IMG/VR virus record: IMGVR_UViG_3300037424_001249
Span: 1 to 51,040 of that record
Length of the DNA stretch: 51,040 bases
Direction: 5' to 3' (one strand)
Source: a virus
Lineage: Duplodnaviria; Caudoviricetes
Below the pieces are notes generated by a model. It was not told where the DNA came from and ran no database searches. It saw only the letters and a program-made list of their open reading frames with translations. Below are positions 34,816 through 43,814 of the stretch, in pieces (position 1 is the first letter of the stretch; each line of letters starts with the position of its first letter). The translations under genes and the position numbers were made by a program.

Positions 34816-35471
34816 ACCTCGATCAATTTCGCCGGGCCGTTGCCCCGATTCGAAATCAGATTTTCAACCTCCTCGGGCGCGGGCTTGTGTCGCGCGTTGA
34901 CGACTCTACCGCGCTGCAACAGATCCAAGCCCGCTTGCACGTTGGCGAGACTCGCGACGAGATGGAGCGATTCCAGAATTACGGAATCACGTCTAAGCCT
35001 TTCGTTGGAGCTGAGGCCCTCGTGGTGTTTCTCAACGGTCACCGCGATGACGGGATCGTGGTGGCGATCGACGATCGGCGTTACCGTCTGACAGGGCTTG
35101 TCGAAGGCGAGGTTGCGCTGTACACCGATGAGGGCGACACGATCGTGATCAAACGAGGTGGGCACATTGAGGTCAACGGGCACGGCTCGGTCAAGGTCGC
35201 CGCACCTGAGATCGAGGCGAACGCTACCACGAGGGCGAAGGTCTCGGGCCCGAACGTGGAAGTTGTGGCCACAACCAAGGTCACGGTCACGAGCCCTCTC
35301 GTCGAGATGACTGGGGCACTGAGTGTCACCGGGGCTGTGACCGCGGGGTCCGTCACGGCCGGTGGGATTGGACTTGCGTCTCACTCTCACGGAGTCGTGG
35401 GCGCTGTGACCTCGGCGCCAGGTGCGGTGACCTTCGCCCCCAGCGGCGTGACCTTGGGGCCAGTGCCATGA
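34812..35471 (+). CDS. baseplate spike (Mu gp45-like)
   Basis: ERFQNYGITSKP, DDRRYR..GEVALY, terminal HSH metal motif. Confidence 0.9.
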   Translation: MNLDQFRRAVAPIRNQIFNLLGRGLVSRVDDSTALQQIQARLHVGETRDEMERFQNYGITSKPFVGAEALVVFLNGHRDDGIVVAIDDRRYRLTGLVEGEVALYTDEGDTIVIKRGGHIEVNGHGSVKVAAPEIEANATTRAKVSGPNVEVVATTKVTVTSPLVEMTGALSVTGAVTAGSVTAGGIGLASHSHGVVGAVTSAPGAVTFAPSGVTLGPVP

Positions 35472-35905
35472 GCGACATCAAGTTGTGGACAGGCGACTTG
35501 GAGATCTTGAACAACGACCTCGCGACCGACGAAGGTCTCAGGACCGCCGTCATCCTCTCCGTGTTCACCGATCGAACCGCAGATCCCAACGATGTTCTGC
35601 CTGATGGGTCGCCCGATCGGCGTGGTTGGTGGGCAGACGGGGTGCCAGTGACCGCTGGCGATCAATGGGGTTCGCGGCTGTGGCTTTTGGAGAGGTCTAC
35701 CTTGAGTGAGCGCAATCGTGCCCGCGCCGAAGAATACATCAAAGAGTCTTTGGCTTGGTTGGTAGTAGACAAGGTTGCTAGCGCTGTAGCTGTGGTCGTG
35801 GTACGTGATCGATCTGGCATGACCTACAACATTTCAGTCACGCAACCGAGCGGGGTCAAACAGTTTCAGTTTACGCCGCATTGGCGCGCTGAGGAGGTTG
35901 CGTAA
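35468..35905 (+). CDS. baseplate protein (Mu gp46-like)
   Basis: AVILSVFTDR, RGWWAD, GSRLWLLER. Confidence 0.9.
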   Translation: MSDIKLWTGDLEILNNDLATDEGLRTAVILSVFTDRTADPNDVLPDGSPDRRGWWADGVPVTAGDQWGSRLWLLERSTLSERNRARAEEYIKESLAWLVVDKVASAVAVVVVRDRSGMTYNISVTQPSGVKQFQFTPHWRAEEVA

Positions 35906-36954
35906 TGGCTTGGGCTCGCCCGACACTTGCCGAGTTGGTCACTCGGATCGAGGCCGACTTTGTCTCACGGCTCAGTCTGACGGGTGCCGTGCTTCGTCGC
36001 TCGATGATCTATGTCGTCGTTCGGGTGTTCGCCGGAATCGCCCACCTACTCTATGGTGCGCTTGAGTGGCTGGCCAGGCAACTCTTTGCAGACACCTCGG
36101 AAGACGAGTTTCTTGTTCGTCAAGCTGCGGTATGGGGTATCACCAAGATCGCGCCCACGTACGCCACTGGCACGGCTTCGGTCACCGGCACCGATGGCAC
36201 TGTGATTCCGGCGCTCACGGTCGTCTCGCGATCCGACGGAGCGGAGTACACTGTCAACGCCGATGTCACGATCGCCGCTGGCGTTGGCACGCTGGCCCTA
36301 ACCGCGTTGGTGGCGGGGTCGCTCGGCACGTTGGGTGTTGGGGTCGTGCTGGCGTTTGAGTCGCCGATCACAGGTGTTTCGGCCAACGCTACTGTGACTG
36401 CGTCGACCACCGATGGGGCCGACCAAGAGACGACCGAGGCTTTGCGGATCCGGTTTCTGGAGCACCTCGCGACCCCGGCGCACGGTGGGACCGATGCGGA
36501 CTACATTGCGTGGGCCAAAGAGATTGCTGGCGTAACGCGGGTGTGGGTCACCGCCCTTGGCCTCGGTCCTGGAACCGTCGTTGTCCGGTTCGTTCGTGAC
36601 GGCGATGTAGACCCGATCCCGTCTGCCGGGGAAGTGGCTGTCGTCCAAGCTCACCTTGACGTTGAGAAGCCCGCGCACGCCACGGTCACGGTTGTTGCTC
36701 CTGTGCTAGCGCCTGTGGCGTTCACGATCGCGGTCGTTCCGAACACGGTAGCCGTCAAGGCCGCAGTCACTGCCGAGCTGACCGACCTGATCTCGCGAGA
36801 AGGTGCCCCCGGAATCACACTGCTTCTGTCTTCGATCCGCACTGCAATCGGAACCGCGTCAGGTGTGACCGATTACACGTTGACCGTACCCGCGGCCAAT
36901 GTGACGTTCACCACTAACCAACTGCCGAGTCTTGGCACAATCACTTGGGTCTGA
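35905..36954 (+). CDS. baseplate J-like wedge protein (Mu gp47-like)
   Basis: GADQET.EALR.R, GGTDADYIAWA, GPGTV. Confidence 0.92.
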   Translation: MAWARPTLAELVTRIEADFVSRLSLTGAVLRRSMIYVVVRVFAGIAHLLYGALEWLARQLFADTSEDEFLVRQAAVWGITKIAPTYATGTASVTGTDGTVIPALTVVSRSDGAEYTVNADVTIAAGVGTLALTALVAGSLGTLGVGVVLAFESPITGVSANATVTASTTDGADQETTEALRIRFLEHLATPAHGGTDADYIAWAKEIAGVTRVWVTALGLGPGTVVVRFVRDGDVDPIPSAGEVAVVQAHLDVEKPAHATVTVVAPVLAPVAFTIAVVPNTVAVKAAVTAELTDLISREGAPGITLLLSSIRTAIGTASGVTDYTLTVPAANVTFTTNQLPSLGTITWV

Positions 36955-36957
36955 CCC

Positions 36958-37602
36958 GTGTCATTCCCGTACGACACCCCATTTTCGAACAACAATAAGG
37001 TCGACCTCGACACGTACCCCGCTGTCGCCGTGGTCAACAAGGTGTTGGCCCCAGAATTCAACGCAGTTGTCACCGCGATCAACGCGCTCGCCACAGCCCT
37101 GACCGAGGGAAACTATCATGGTCTGGTCTCCACACCTGGGGCAGCTGTGTCACCTCCGAGCGGTGTCAGGATCCGAAACAACGGGGGAGCGCTTGAGGTC
37201 AGCCTCAACGGTGCAGCCTACAGCAGCGTGCTCAACTCGTCCCACGTTGACGCGGATCACATGGTCTTCCAAGGTCCGCTCACAGTTACCGGATCTGAGA
37301 CCTTGGTCGTCACGCAACTCAGTGACAACTTCGTGCCGCTCACAGGCACGGGTCCGGTCACGTTGACAGCCACACCGCTGCTCGGAACTGGCGTCAACAA
37401 CCCAACGCGCGTGACAATTTTCAACGAGTCCGTCACCGGCGGGGTGACAGTGCCGCACGGGGGTTCCTCGGGCTGTTTCCTGCGAGACTCGCTCGCGGTT
37501 GAACTTTTGGTTGGTTCCTCAATCACGCTGTACTACGTGACTAACACCGTTCCCGACACCGGTACTTGGTACGAGGTCGGTCGCTCACTGGTGGGTGTGT
37601 AA
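36958..37602 (+). CDS. virion protein paralogous to both termini of the 767-aa tailspike
   Basis: LAPEFNAVVTAINAL..GNYHGL versus VAAEFNTVTAAVADL..GQFRGL. Confidence 0.65.
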   Translation: MSFPYDTPFSNNNKVDLDTYPAVAVVNKVLAPEFNAVVTAINALATALTEGNYHGLVSTPGAAVSPPSGVRIRNNGGALEVSLNGAAYSSVLNSSHVDADHMVFQGPLTVTGSETLVVTQLSDNFVPLTGTGPVTLTATPLLGTGVNNPTRVTIFNESVTGGVTVPHGGSSGCFLRDSLAVELLVGSSITLYYVTNTVPDTGTWYEVGRSLVGV

Positions 37603-38246
37603 TGGCTGCTCCTGGACCTCTCGCGTGGGTGTTCGGCGAATACCTTGCCCCGCCTGTTGTGGTAGGTGAGTCGTGGCCTTGGCCGTGGCCCTACGCAGAC
37701 CCGTGGCCTTCGCCTTGGCCTTCGCAGATTGCGCAACTCTTGCCTCCAAGCGCAGTGTTGTGGGACATGGGCCCAACGTCCAAGCTTCGTGGGTTTCTCG
37801 AAGCCATTGGATTCGAGTGTGAACGAATCCGAAGGCGAAATCTTGACTTGATCGAGGAGTCTGACCCACGCACTGCTACTGAGACGATCGAGAATTGGGA
37901 GCAAGCGCTCGGACTTCCTGATGACCAAGTTCCCGTGCTTCCCACAACGTTGCCCGAACGACGAGCCGTGGTTGTGGCCAAGCTCACGGGCAGAGCTGGG
38001 CAGAATTACGATTTCTTCGAGGCGCTTTGCTTGTCGTGCGGCTATCCGCTGGTCTCGATCACCAACCCCCAAATGATGCGCGTTGGCGCGCGCGTGGGCG
38101 ATCGAGTCTATGGCGCGGCATACGTCTACACAATGATCCTCACACTCGGCCCGGCCCCCACTGGCGCAATGTCGCACGCCGATTTTGAGCGCGTGATCCG
38201 AGCCGCAACCCACAGCCACATCGTTGACATTTTCGTCTACACCTGA
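37602..38246 (+). CDS. baseplate protein (Mu gp48/YmfQ, DUF2313-like)
   Basis: QLLPP..W, E.DPRTATETIENWEQALGLPD, ER.IRAATHSH. Confidence 0.85.
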   Translation: MAAPGPLAWVFGEYLAPPVVVGESWPWPWPYADPWPSPWPSQIAQLLPPSAVLWDMGPTSKLRGFLEAIGFECERIRRRNLDLIEESDPRTATETIENWEQALGLPDDQVPVLPTTLPERRAVVVAKLTGRAGQNYDFFEALCLSCGYPLVSITNPQMMRVGARVGDRVYGAAYVYTMILTLGPAPTGAMSHADFERVIRAATHSHIVDIFVYT

Positions 38247-38258
38247 CAGGGTTGACCT

Positions 38259-39056
38259 ATGCATCGTACCGATGGTGACGCAAATTACCCCGCTGGTTTT
38301 TTCTCCGAGGGCGATCCGCTCATCCCGCGACAGCCAACGCAGATCGATGAGACGTGGCTTAACGCGGTCCAAGAGGAACTTGTTGCGATCGTGTTGGCCG
38401 CTGGGTTGACGCTGACCAAAGGTGCCATCCAGCTTGGAGCGGTTGTTGCCAACCTGAACGTGGCTCAGACATTCACCGCCCTCAAGACGTTTGCAGCAGG
38501 CATCGTAAGTACTGGCGCGACGTCTACCACTGACCACAACCCTGGTGTGACTGGAGACGGTGGCACCTACAACGGCATGGCGCACGGACATTCGCCCGGG
38601 GGGCTTTTTCGGGGGACGGATTACGGTAAGGGAGTGGAGGGTTACGGGGGTCTGAATAGTGGCGAGGGCGGTTATTTTGCCCGACGCGACGGGCTCTCAG
38701 GTCTGGCTAATCCTGCGATTAACACTCCCGGAAGCGTCGCCATTGGGGGAGATGTCGGAGCTGTGCACGCGGAGTTTGTTGGTTCGGCCGTCAAGGCCCC
38801 ATTGAACTTGGCACAGTCAGCCGCTATCCCCACGTCGCCAGTGGCGGGCGACGTCGCCGCACTTACCGGAGCGCTCGCCGACGGTCGCCCTATCTACTAC
38901 ACAGGGGCCGGGAACGTGTGGCTTCCTCTTGGGCTCATGCGCAACGGGTCGGGTGGCTCTGAGCCAACGCCCTACTCGGTTGGAGAGCTGTACTTCAACA
39001 CCACGATCAGTAAGCCCACGTGTTGGGACGGATCAAATTGGGTAGCACTCTACTAG
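38259..39056 (+). CDS. tail fibre protein (Mu gp49-like N-terminus)
   Basis: MHRTDG..FSEGDP..PTQIDETWLNAVQEELVAIVLAAGL. Confidence 0.8.
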   Translation: MHRTDGDANYPAGFFSEGDPLIPRQPTQIDETWLNAVQEELVAIVLAAGLTLTKGAIQLGAVVANLNVAQTFTALKTFAAGIVSTGATSTTDHNPGVTGDGGTYNGMAHGHSPGGLFRGTDYGKGVEGYGGLNSGEGGYFARRDGLSGLANPAINTPGSVAIGGDVGAVHAEFVGSAVKAPLNLAQSAAIPTSPVAGDVAALTGALADGRPIYYTGAGNVWLPLGLMRNGSGGSEPTPYSVGELYFNTTISKPTCWDGSNWVALY

Positions 39057-39102
39057 CAACTACAGTGAAATTTTCCACAGTCAGTGTTACGGTTGTAGAA
39101 CT

Positions 39103-39321
39103 ATGTCTCCCCAAGAAATCCTCACGCTGCTCACGTCTGGTGGATACGGTCTAGCGGCGATCGAGGGTTTCGTGATCTGGAAATTGTACGGTCAGGTTCG
39201 CGAGTCTGAGGACAAGCGGATCGCCCTGATGGAGCGGGTAGCCACTCTCGCGGTCACGATTCCCGAAGCGGTCAACAAGCTTCACGATGCCACCGAGAAA
39301 CTGGAAAGGCGCACACCATGA
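39103..39321 (+). CDS. putative holin (single TM)
   Basis: N-terminal TM plus coiled coil; follows the tail fibre. Confidence 0.55.
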   Translation: MSPQEILTLLTSGGYGLAAIEGFVIWKLYGQVRESEDKRIALMERVATLAVTIPEAVNKLHDATEKLERRTP

Positions 39322-39488
39322 GCGTTGGATTTTTGAAGACCTTGGTCACGAGGCGAGGATCCAAAGACGAAGCAATGGAAGCCGTCTATCGTCTCTGTCG
39401 TGAAGCTGAGCTGAAAATCCAAGAGCTGAATCGTCAAGCGGAAGAGCGGCGAACCGAACGGCATGACCAGGGGGAGCACGCTTGCTGA
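39318..39488 (+). CDS. small coiled-coil hypothetical protein (56 aa)
   Basis: Translated by hand; ATGA overlap with the holin stop. Confidence 0.5.
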   Translation: MSVGFLKTLVTRRGSKDEAMEAVYRLCREAELKIQELNRQAEERRTERHDQGEHAC

Positions 39489-40000
39489 CCGATTGGAAGT
39501 TCTGGACTTGCTGCGCGGTCGCCTTGGTCGCGGGAATCGCGGGGGGCTACTGGTTGTCGCCCACCAAGGTCGAGACTCGAACCGAGGTCAAGACCGAGTG
39601 GAAGATCAAAGAGGTCGAGAAGCGCGTTGAAGTCGCTGGCAAAGAGGTTGAGCGAGTCAAGATCGTCTACCGCACAATCGAGCGCAAACCTGACGGCTCT
39701 GAGCACGTGACCGAGCTTGAGGACTCAAGTAGTCACACCTTGAGCGTGAGCGCGCTGCACCTGGATCGCACGACTGACGCTACGGGCAAGCAGGCCTCAG
39801 TCACCTTGACGCGCCCTGTGGGCCCTGATTGGAGGGTAGCTGTCTTGGCTGGGGCAAGTCTCAAAGAGCCTCTCCTGCCCATCGCAGGGCCGCTGGTGTT
39901 GGGCCTCGAGGTGGACCGCAGAATCATCGGCCCGTTTTGGTTGGGCGCTTGGGTGTCGACGTCTGGGGCCGCTGGTCTCGCCGTATCCGGGGTGTTCTGA
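39482..40000 (+). CDS. membrane protein, possibly spanin-like
   Basis: N-terminal TM, charged rod, C-terminal amphipathic strands ending in Phe. Confidence 0.55.
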   Translation: MLTDWKFWTCCAVALVAGIAGGYWLSPTKVETRTEVKTEWKIKEVEKRVEVAGKEVERVKIVYRTIERKPDGSEHVTELEDSSSHTLSVSALHLDRTTDATGKQASVTLTRPVGPDWRVAVLAGASLKEPLLPIAGPLVLGLEVDRRIIGPFWLGAWVSTSGAAGLAVSGVF

Positions 40001-40003
40001 TTC

Positions 40004-40984
40004 ATGGTTGAAACGCAGTCGCAAAAACGAAATCGCCTGCATCACGAGAGAGCCCACGACCTCAAAGCCGCGCTGAAGGACAACCGCCGCTTGACGGAGG
40101 ACCTCGCCGCAACACTGGCCGTACCGAAGCCGCAGATCCGACGCATCTCCTTGGGTACGTCGGGCAAGAGCGAAGCCGTGGCCTGCACCGTCCTGAGCGA
40201 CGTTCATTGTGATGAGGTCGTGCATCGAGACCAGGTCAACGGGCTAAACGCGTTCAACCCCAGCGTCGCGAGTAAGCGTCTTGACGCGTACTTTCGCAAC
40301 TCGCTCACGCTTGCGCACCAAGTTGCGCGCGATTCTCACGTGACAACGATTCACTGGTCAATCCTTGGGGACCTGTTCTCAGGGTGGATCCACGATGAGC
40401 TTGTTGAAAACAACTCCATGACCCCGGTCCAGGCGGCTCAATTCGTGGGAGACAAGCTTGCGTCAGGACTAGCCTACTGGTTGGAGCACAGCGAGTTTCA
40501 GGTCGTGGGAGACATGGTCGTGGGAAACCATGGTCGTCTCACCAAGAAACTTCGGTCGGCCCCAGTAGGCACCTCGCTCGAGAGTTTGGTCTATGCCCGG
40601 CTCGCGGAGAAGTTCTCGGGTAACCCCCGCGCGTCCCTGACCGCGGCTCCAGGTGGGCGGGCCTACAGGCGCATCGGTGACTTCACCATGAGGCTGATCC
40701 ACGGCTACGAGATTGGCTACGGTGGGGGAATCGGTGGGGTCACGATTCCGATCAACAAAAAGATCAGCCAGTGGGACAAAGCGATCCGTGCTGACCTGAC
40801 TGTCCTTGGGCATTTCCACCAACTGCTCAACGGTGGGAACTTCATCGTGAACGGGTCGGTCATCGGCTACTCTCCATATGCTGAATTCATTGCGGCTTCG
40901 CCTGAGCCAGCGCGCCAAGCTTTCTTCTTGATCCACGCCAAGCACGGGCTCGCGTTGACTGCCCCAGTTTGGCTTGATACGTAA
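40004..40984 (+). CDS. calcineurin-like metallophosphoesterase
   Basis: SDVH, LGD, GNHG, HG, GHFH motifs. Confidence 0.85.
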   Translation: MVETQSQKRNRLHHERAHDLKAALKDNRRLTEDLAATLAVPKPQIRRISLGTSGKSEAVACTVLSDVHCDEVVHRDQVNGLNAFNPSVASKRLDAYFRNSLTLAHQVARDSHVTTIHWSILGDLFSGWIHDELVENNSMTPVQAAQFVGDKLASGLAYWLEHSEFQVVGDMVVGNHGRLTKKLRSAPVGTSLESLVYARLAEKFSGNPRASLTAAPGGRAYRRIGDFTMRLIHGYEIGYGGGIGGVTIPINKKISQWDKAIRADLTVLGHFHQLLNGGNFIVNGSVIGYSPYAEFIAASPEPARQAFFLIHAKHGLALTAPVWLDT

Positions 40985-41001
40985 CACAGTGGGGGTTACG
41001 C

Positions 41002-41301
41002 GTGCGATTCAACAACGTTGGTCCGCAAGGTCCGCGGGGATACACCGGGCCGCAAGGTCCTCCTGGCGAGAGTGCTCCGCGCGTTGGAGGTAGAGAGAAA
41101 GTCGAGCCTGACCAGACGGAGTTGACGATCGAGGCCGAAGTCAAGGGCAACGAAGTTATTGCCGCGGTGTGGGAAAGGGCTGACTCTACTAGCCCAATTG
41201 CCGTTCTGGTAGAGGAACGACGAGTCACGTTCACGTGGGTCCGCCCTCCTCGCGAGCCAGGGGCGTTTAGATGGCACGTTGCGGGAAGGCTTGACTACTG
41301 A
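41002..41301 (+). CDS. hypothetical protein with a short collagen-like stretch
   Basis: GPQGPRGYTGPQGPPGE. Confidence 0.6.
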   Translation: MRFNNVGPQGPRGYTGPQGPPGESAPRVGGREKVEPDQTELTIEAEVKGNEVIAAVWERADSTSPIAVLVEERRVTFTWVRPPREPGAFRWHVAGRLDY

Positions 41302-41325
41302 GCAGCGCTAGCTTAGTATTTAAGC

Positions 41326-41553
41326 ATGTCCACCAGACGAATCCTGACGCACAGGTTGTCGGATAGAATCACAGCAACTGACGAGGTCTCGGGTCATGAG
41401 CTTGTAAAGTTCGTTGACGCCAAGAGGCCCGATGAGTTGCAGTTTCACGAAGCTGCGGCGCGGTCCCTCGCCCGAGTGTTCGGTTTCCCTGAGGCAAAGA
41501 TGACAGTCGACGAAGTGAGAAGCAGTGGGTTCACCTTCACGTGGGAGAATTGA
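41326..41553 (+). CDS. hypothetical protein
   Basis: Preceded by TTGACT-N17-TAGTAT-N6-ATG. Confidence 0.6.
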   Translation: MSTRRILTHRLSDRITATDEVSGHELVKFVDAKRPDELQFHEAAARSLARVFGFPEAKMTVDEVRSSGFTFTWEN

Positions 41554-41881
41554 TTCATGTCAAGCACTAGGGCGAGTTTCGGGATTGACCGCAAGTCGGA
41601 CTCTGACCACAGCCCGCGGGGCACGGTCTCAGGCCAGGCGATTCCGGACGAGGTTAAGCGACCCCGTCCAGGGTCTTCCCCGAGATCGTCTTCACCAGCG
41701 TGGTACCGTTCGCAGACCCTGGCGCCGTTTCGCGCGAAGCGTGGTGGGCGATGACCTCAGAACTTCGTGAGGCTTTGCGTGCCCTCTTTGTCGAGGCCGC
41801 ACTTGCCAACCTTGGACTCCGAGGGGCAACCGCCGTAGCAGCGATGGCCAGCGCAGAACGACTCCTGAAGGCGACAACCCC

Positions 41882-42103
41882 GTGAAGCAGACCAAAGAAC
41901 GAATCATCAACCTGATCGGTGAGACTCCTCGCACAGCTCGAGACCTGTCCACCATCCTCGGGATCTCCCTCCCAACGATCTCGAATCACCTCAAGGATCT
42001 CCAGACCATGGGGCCGCCGATCGGGTTCAGCCTCGTTCGCCAGGGCCTGCGCGGACTTCCCTCAAAACAGTGGTTCTTGATTGGTGGTTCACATGTCCCA
42101 TGA
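41882..42103 (+). CDS. winged HTH DNA-binding protein
   Basis: TARDLSTILGISLPTISNHLKDL. Confidence 0.8.
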   Translation: MKQTKERIINLIGETPRTARDLSTILGISLPTISNHLKDLQTMGPPIGFSLVRQGLRGLPSKQWFLIGGSHVP

Positions 42104-42842
42104 CCCACAGGGTTGGTTCGGACCTGACGAGTATCCACACCGCGGGGCGTGCGACGCAGGAACCACGTGCGACAAGATCATGGCTTCGGGCGCGTGCTAC
42201 AGTCAAGAGTGTGAACACCACAGGCCACAGGGCCCTTCCCCCGCGCTTCCCCCCACGATGACACGAGACGACGATCGTCCAGTGTTCGGGCCAGGGTGGG
42301 CAGCTACTCCGGACCCTGCCACATTGGGCGCCTCACATGAGGTACTCCCAACACCCGGAGTTGTGCCCAACGGTTCAGTTGTCACCCCACCTACTTACGA
42401 ATCTGGTCTTCCGGGGCTCGCGCTGCTTCTGAAAGACGGAAACCCGAAAGACGCGGTCGGCTCACGCAAGGTCTCGGTATCGTGCGTCCCACAGCAAGTG
42501 ATCGGGGAGATCGGTCTTGCCCTCACCGAGGGGGCACTCAAGTATGGCCGCCATAACTACAGAGTGGCAGGCGTCAGGGCGAGTGTGTATTTCGACGCTG
42601 CATGGCGACACCTCGCGGCATGGTGGGAGGGCGAAGACCTTGACCCTGACTCTGGTCTCTCTCACGTGACCAAGGCCATGGCAGGGCTCGCAGTGCTTCG
42701 CGACTCGATGATCCGAGGTAACTGGAACGATGACCGCCCCCCTCGCCTCGGTCCGCAGTGGGTTCAGGCGTTGAACCTCAAGGCTGCTGAGGTCATCGGC
42801 AAGTTTCCCGAGCCCAAGCCACCACACACTCAACAGTCGTAA
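42093..42842 (+). CDS. dATP/dGTP diphosphohydrolase-domain (DUF5664-like) protein
   Basis: NPKD, GALKYGRHNYR, YFDAAWRHL..WWEGEDLDPDSGLSH. Confidence 0.85.
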   Translation: MSHDPQGWFGPDEYPHRGACDAGTTCDKIMASGACYSQECEHHRPQGPSPALPPTMTRDDDRPVFGPGWAATPDPATLGASHEVLPTPGVVPNGSVVTPPTYESGLPGLALLLKDGNPKDAVGSRKVSVSCVPQQVIGEIGLALTEGALKYGRHNYRVAGVRASVYFDAAWRHLAAWWEGEDLDPDSGLSHVTKAMAGLAVLRDSMIRGNWNDDRPPRLGPQWVQALNLKAAEVIGKFPEPKPPHTQQS

Positions 42843-42850
42843 GACATGCG

Positions 42851-42882
42851 AAAGCCCACCCCAGAGCATCGAGGTGGGCTTT
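42851..42882. terminator. bidirectional intrinsic terminator
   Basis: AAAGCCCACC-N12-GGTGGGCTTT between convergent operons. Confidence 0.75.
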
Positions 42883-42888
42883 GTTGCG

Positions 42889-43263
42889 TCAGTGAGACAA
42901 CGTGCGCAGCAACTCTGGCAACAGACGGATCATCGTGACACCACTTGGCAAGTGGTAGAACACGCAATCGCGCTCGACTTCACCCAGCACGTACACTGGA
43001 ATCCCGTAACCTAAGGCCATGCCCATTTCTACCATGGCGCCATATGCCTTGGGTGCTGGGAGCAGTACCACGGCATCGGCCGCAGCAACTCCACATCGAT
43101 CTTTGTGCGCGCAAAGCCCACGGTACTCAAGATCTGTTACGTACCGTTCCGCGTCCTCTCGTGTCCAATCCGCGGTAATGGTGTGCCCAGCGGACTCAAG
43201 AGCCCGCTGCACAAACTGCACAGTGGGTGCATTGTCAAATGCACTTGCGACGTAGATTCTCAC
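42889..43263 (-). CDS. nucleoside 2-deoxyribosyltransferase-like protein
   Basis: RIYVAS, D..GVAAADAVVLL, GAMVEMGMALG.GIPVY. Confidence 0.75.
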   Translation of the reverse strand: MRIYVASAFDNAPTVQFVQRALESAGHTITADWTREDAERYVTDLEYRGLCAHKDRCGVAAADAVVLLPAPKAYGAMVEMGMALGYGIPVYVLGEVERDCVFYHLPSGVTMIRLLPELLRTLSH

Positions 43264-43814
43264 GTGTGTTGCTCCTTTGGATACTCGTTACCCCAACCGT
43301 CCCACCCAGCTACGCGCTCGCGCGCGAACAACTCGATGCGCGGGAGGTCTCCCATGAGCTTTACGATCCGCTCACGAACCTCTGGCGGCTTCGCGCTGTG
43401 ACTCCCAACGGGCGAAGCGACCAATTCGTCGCCCATTACGATCTGCGATACTGCGGAGTCAATTCGCTGAGGCTTGCCCTTGACGGCGAGGTAGCAGCCT
43501 TCCGTGTTGCCACGCGTCCAGTGACCGAGGCCGAAAAACGGTTCTTGGTTCTTGCGGTTGAGCTTGACCCACTGAAACGCAAGGGTCTTGTACCTGAAAC
43601 CCCATGCCTCGATTACGCGAAACATGTTTGGCAACGTTGGGTATGTACCCCACACGAACAACGCACAATTGTCTGCGGCAAGGTTGTTGACGGGGAGCTT
43701 GCAAATATCATCGAGAGACATGGTCTTGTAGTGACCTTCGGCCGAGCCGCGGATCCCTCGGTCATCGTACGACCAAGGTGGGTCTGCGTAGATGATTTCA
43801 AATCGACCGCTCAT
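43260..43814 (-). CDS. MT-A70 family N6-adenine methyltransferase
   Basis: IYADPPW, HYKTM, WGFRYKT, HSAKP, IELFAR, WGNE. Confidence 0.92.
   Translation of the reverse strand: MSGRFEIIYADPPWSYDDRGIRGSAEGHYKTMSLDDICKLPVNNLAADNCALFVWGTYPTLPNMFRVIEAWGFRYKTLAFQWVKLNRKNQEPFFGLGHWTRGNTEGCYLAVKGKPQRIDSAVSQIVMGDELVASPVGSHSAKPPEVRERIVKLMGDLPRIELFARERVAGWDGWGNEYPKEQHT

Noticed and set aside
20157-38591. Long antisense ORFs across the structural operon (e.g. 20157-21053, 34479-35390, 37533-38591)
   Set aside because: These are typical high-GC antisense shadows of well-supported plus-strand structural genes.
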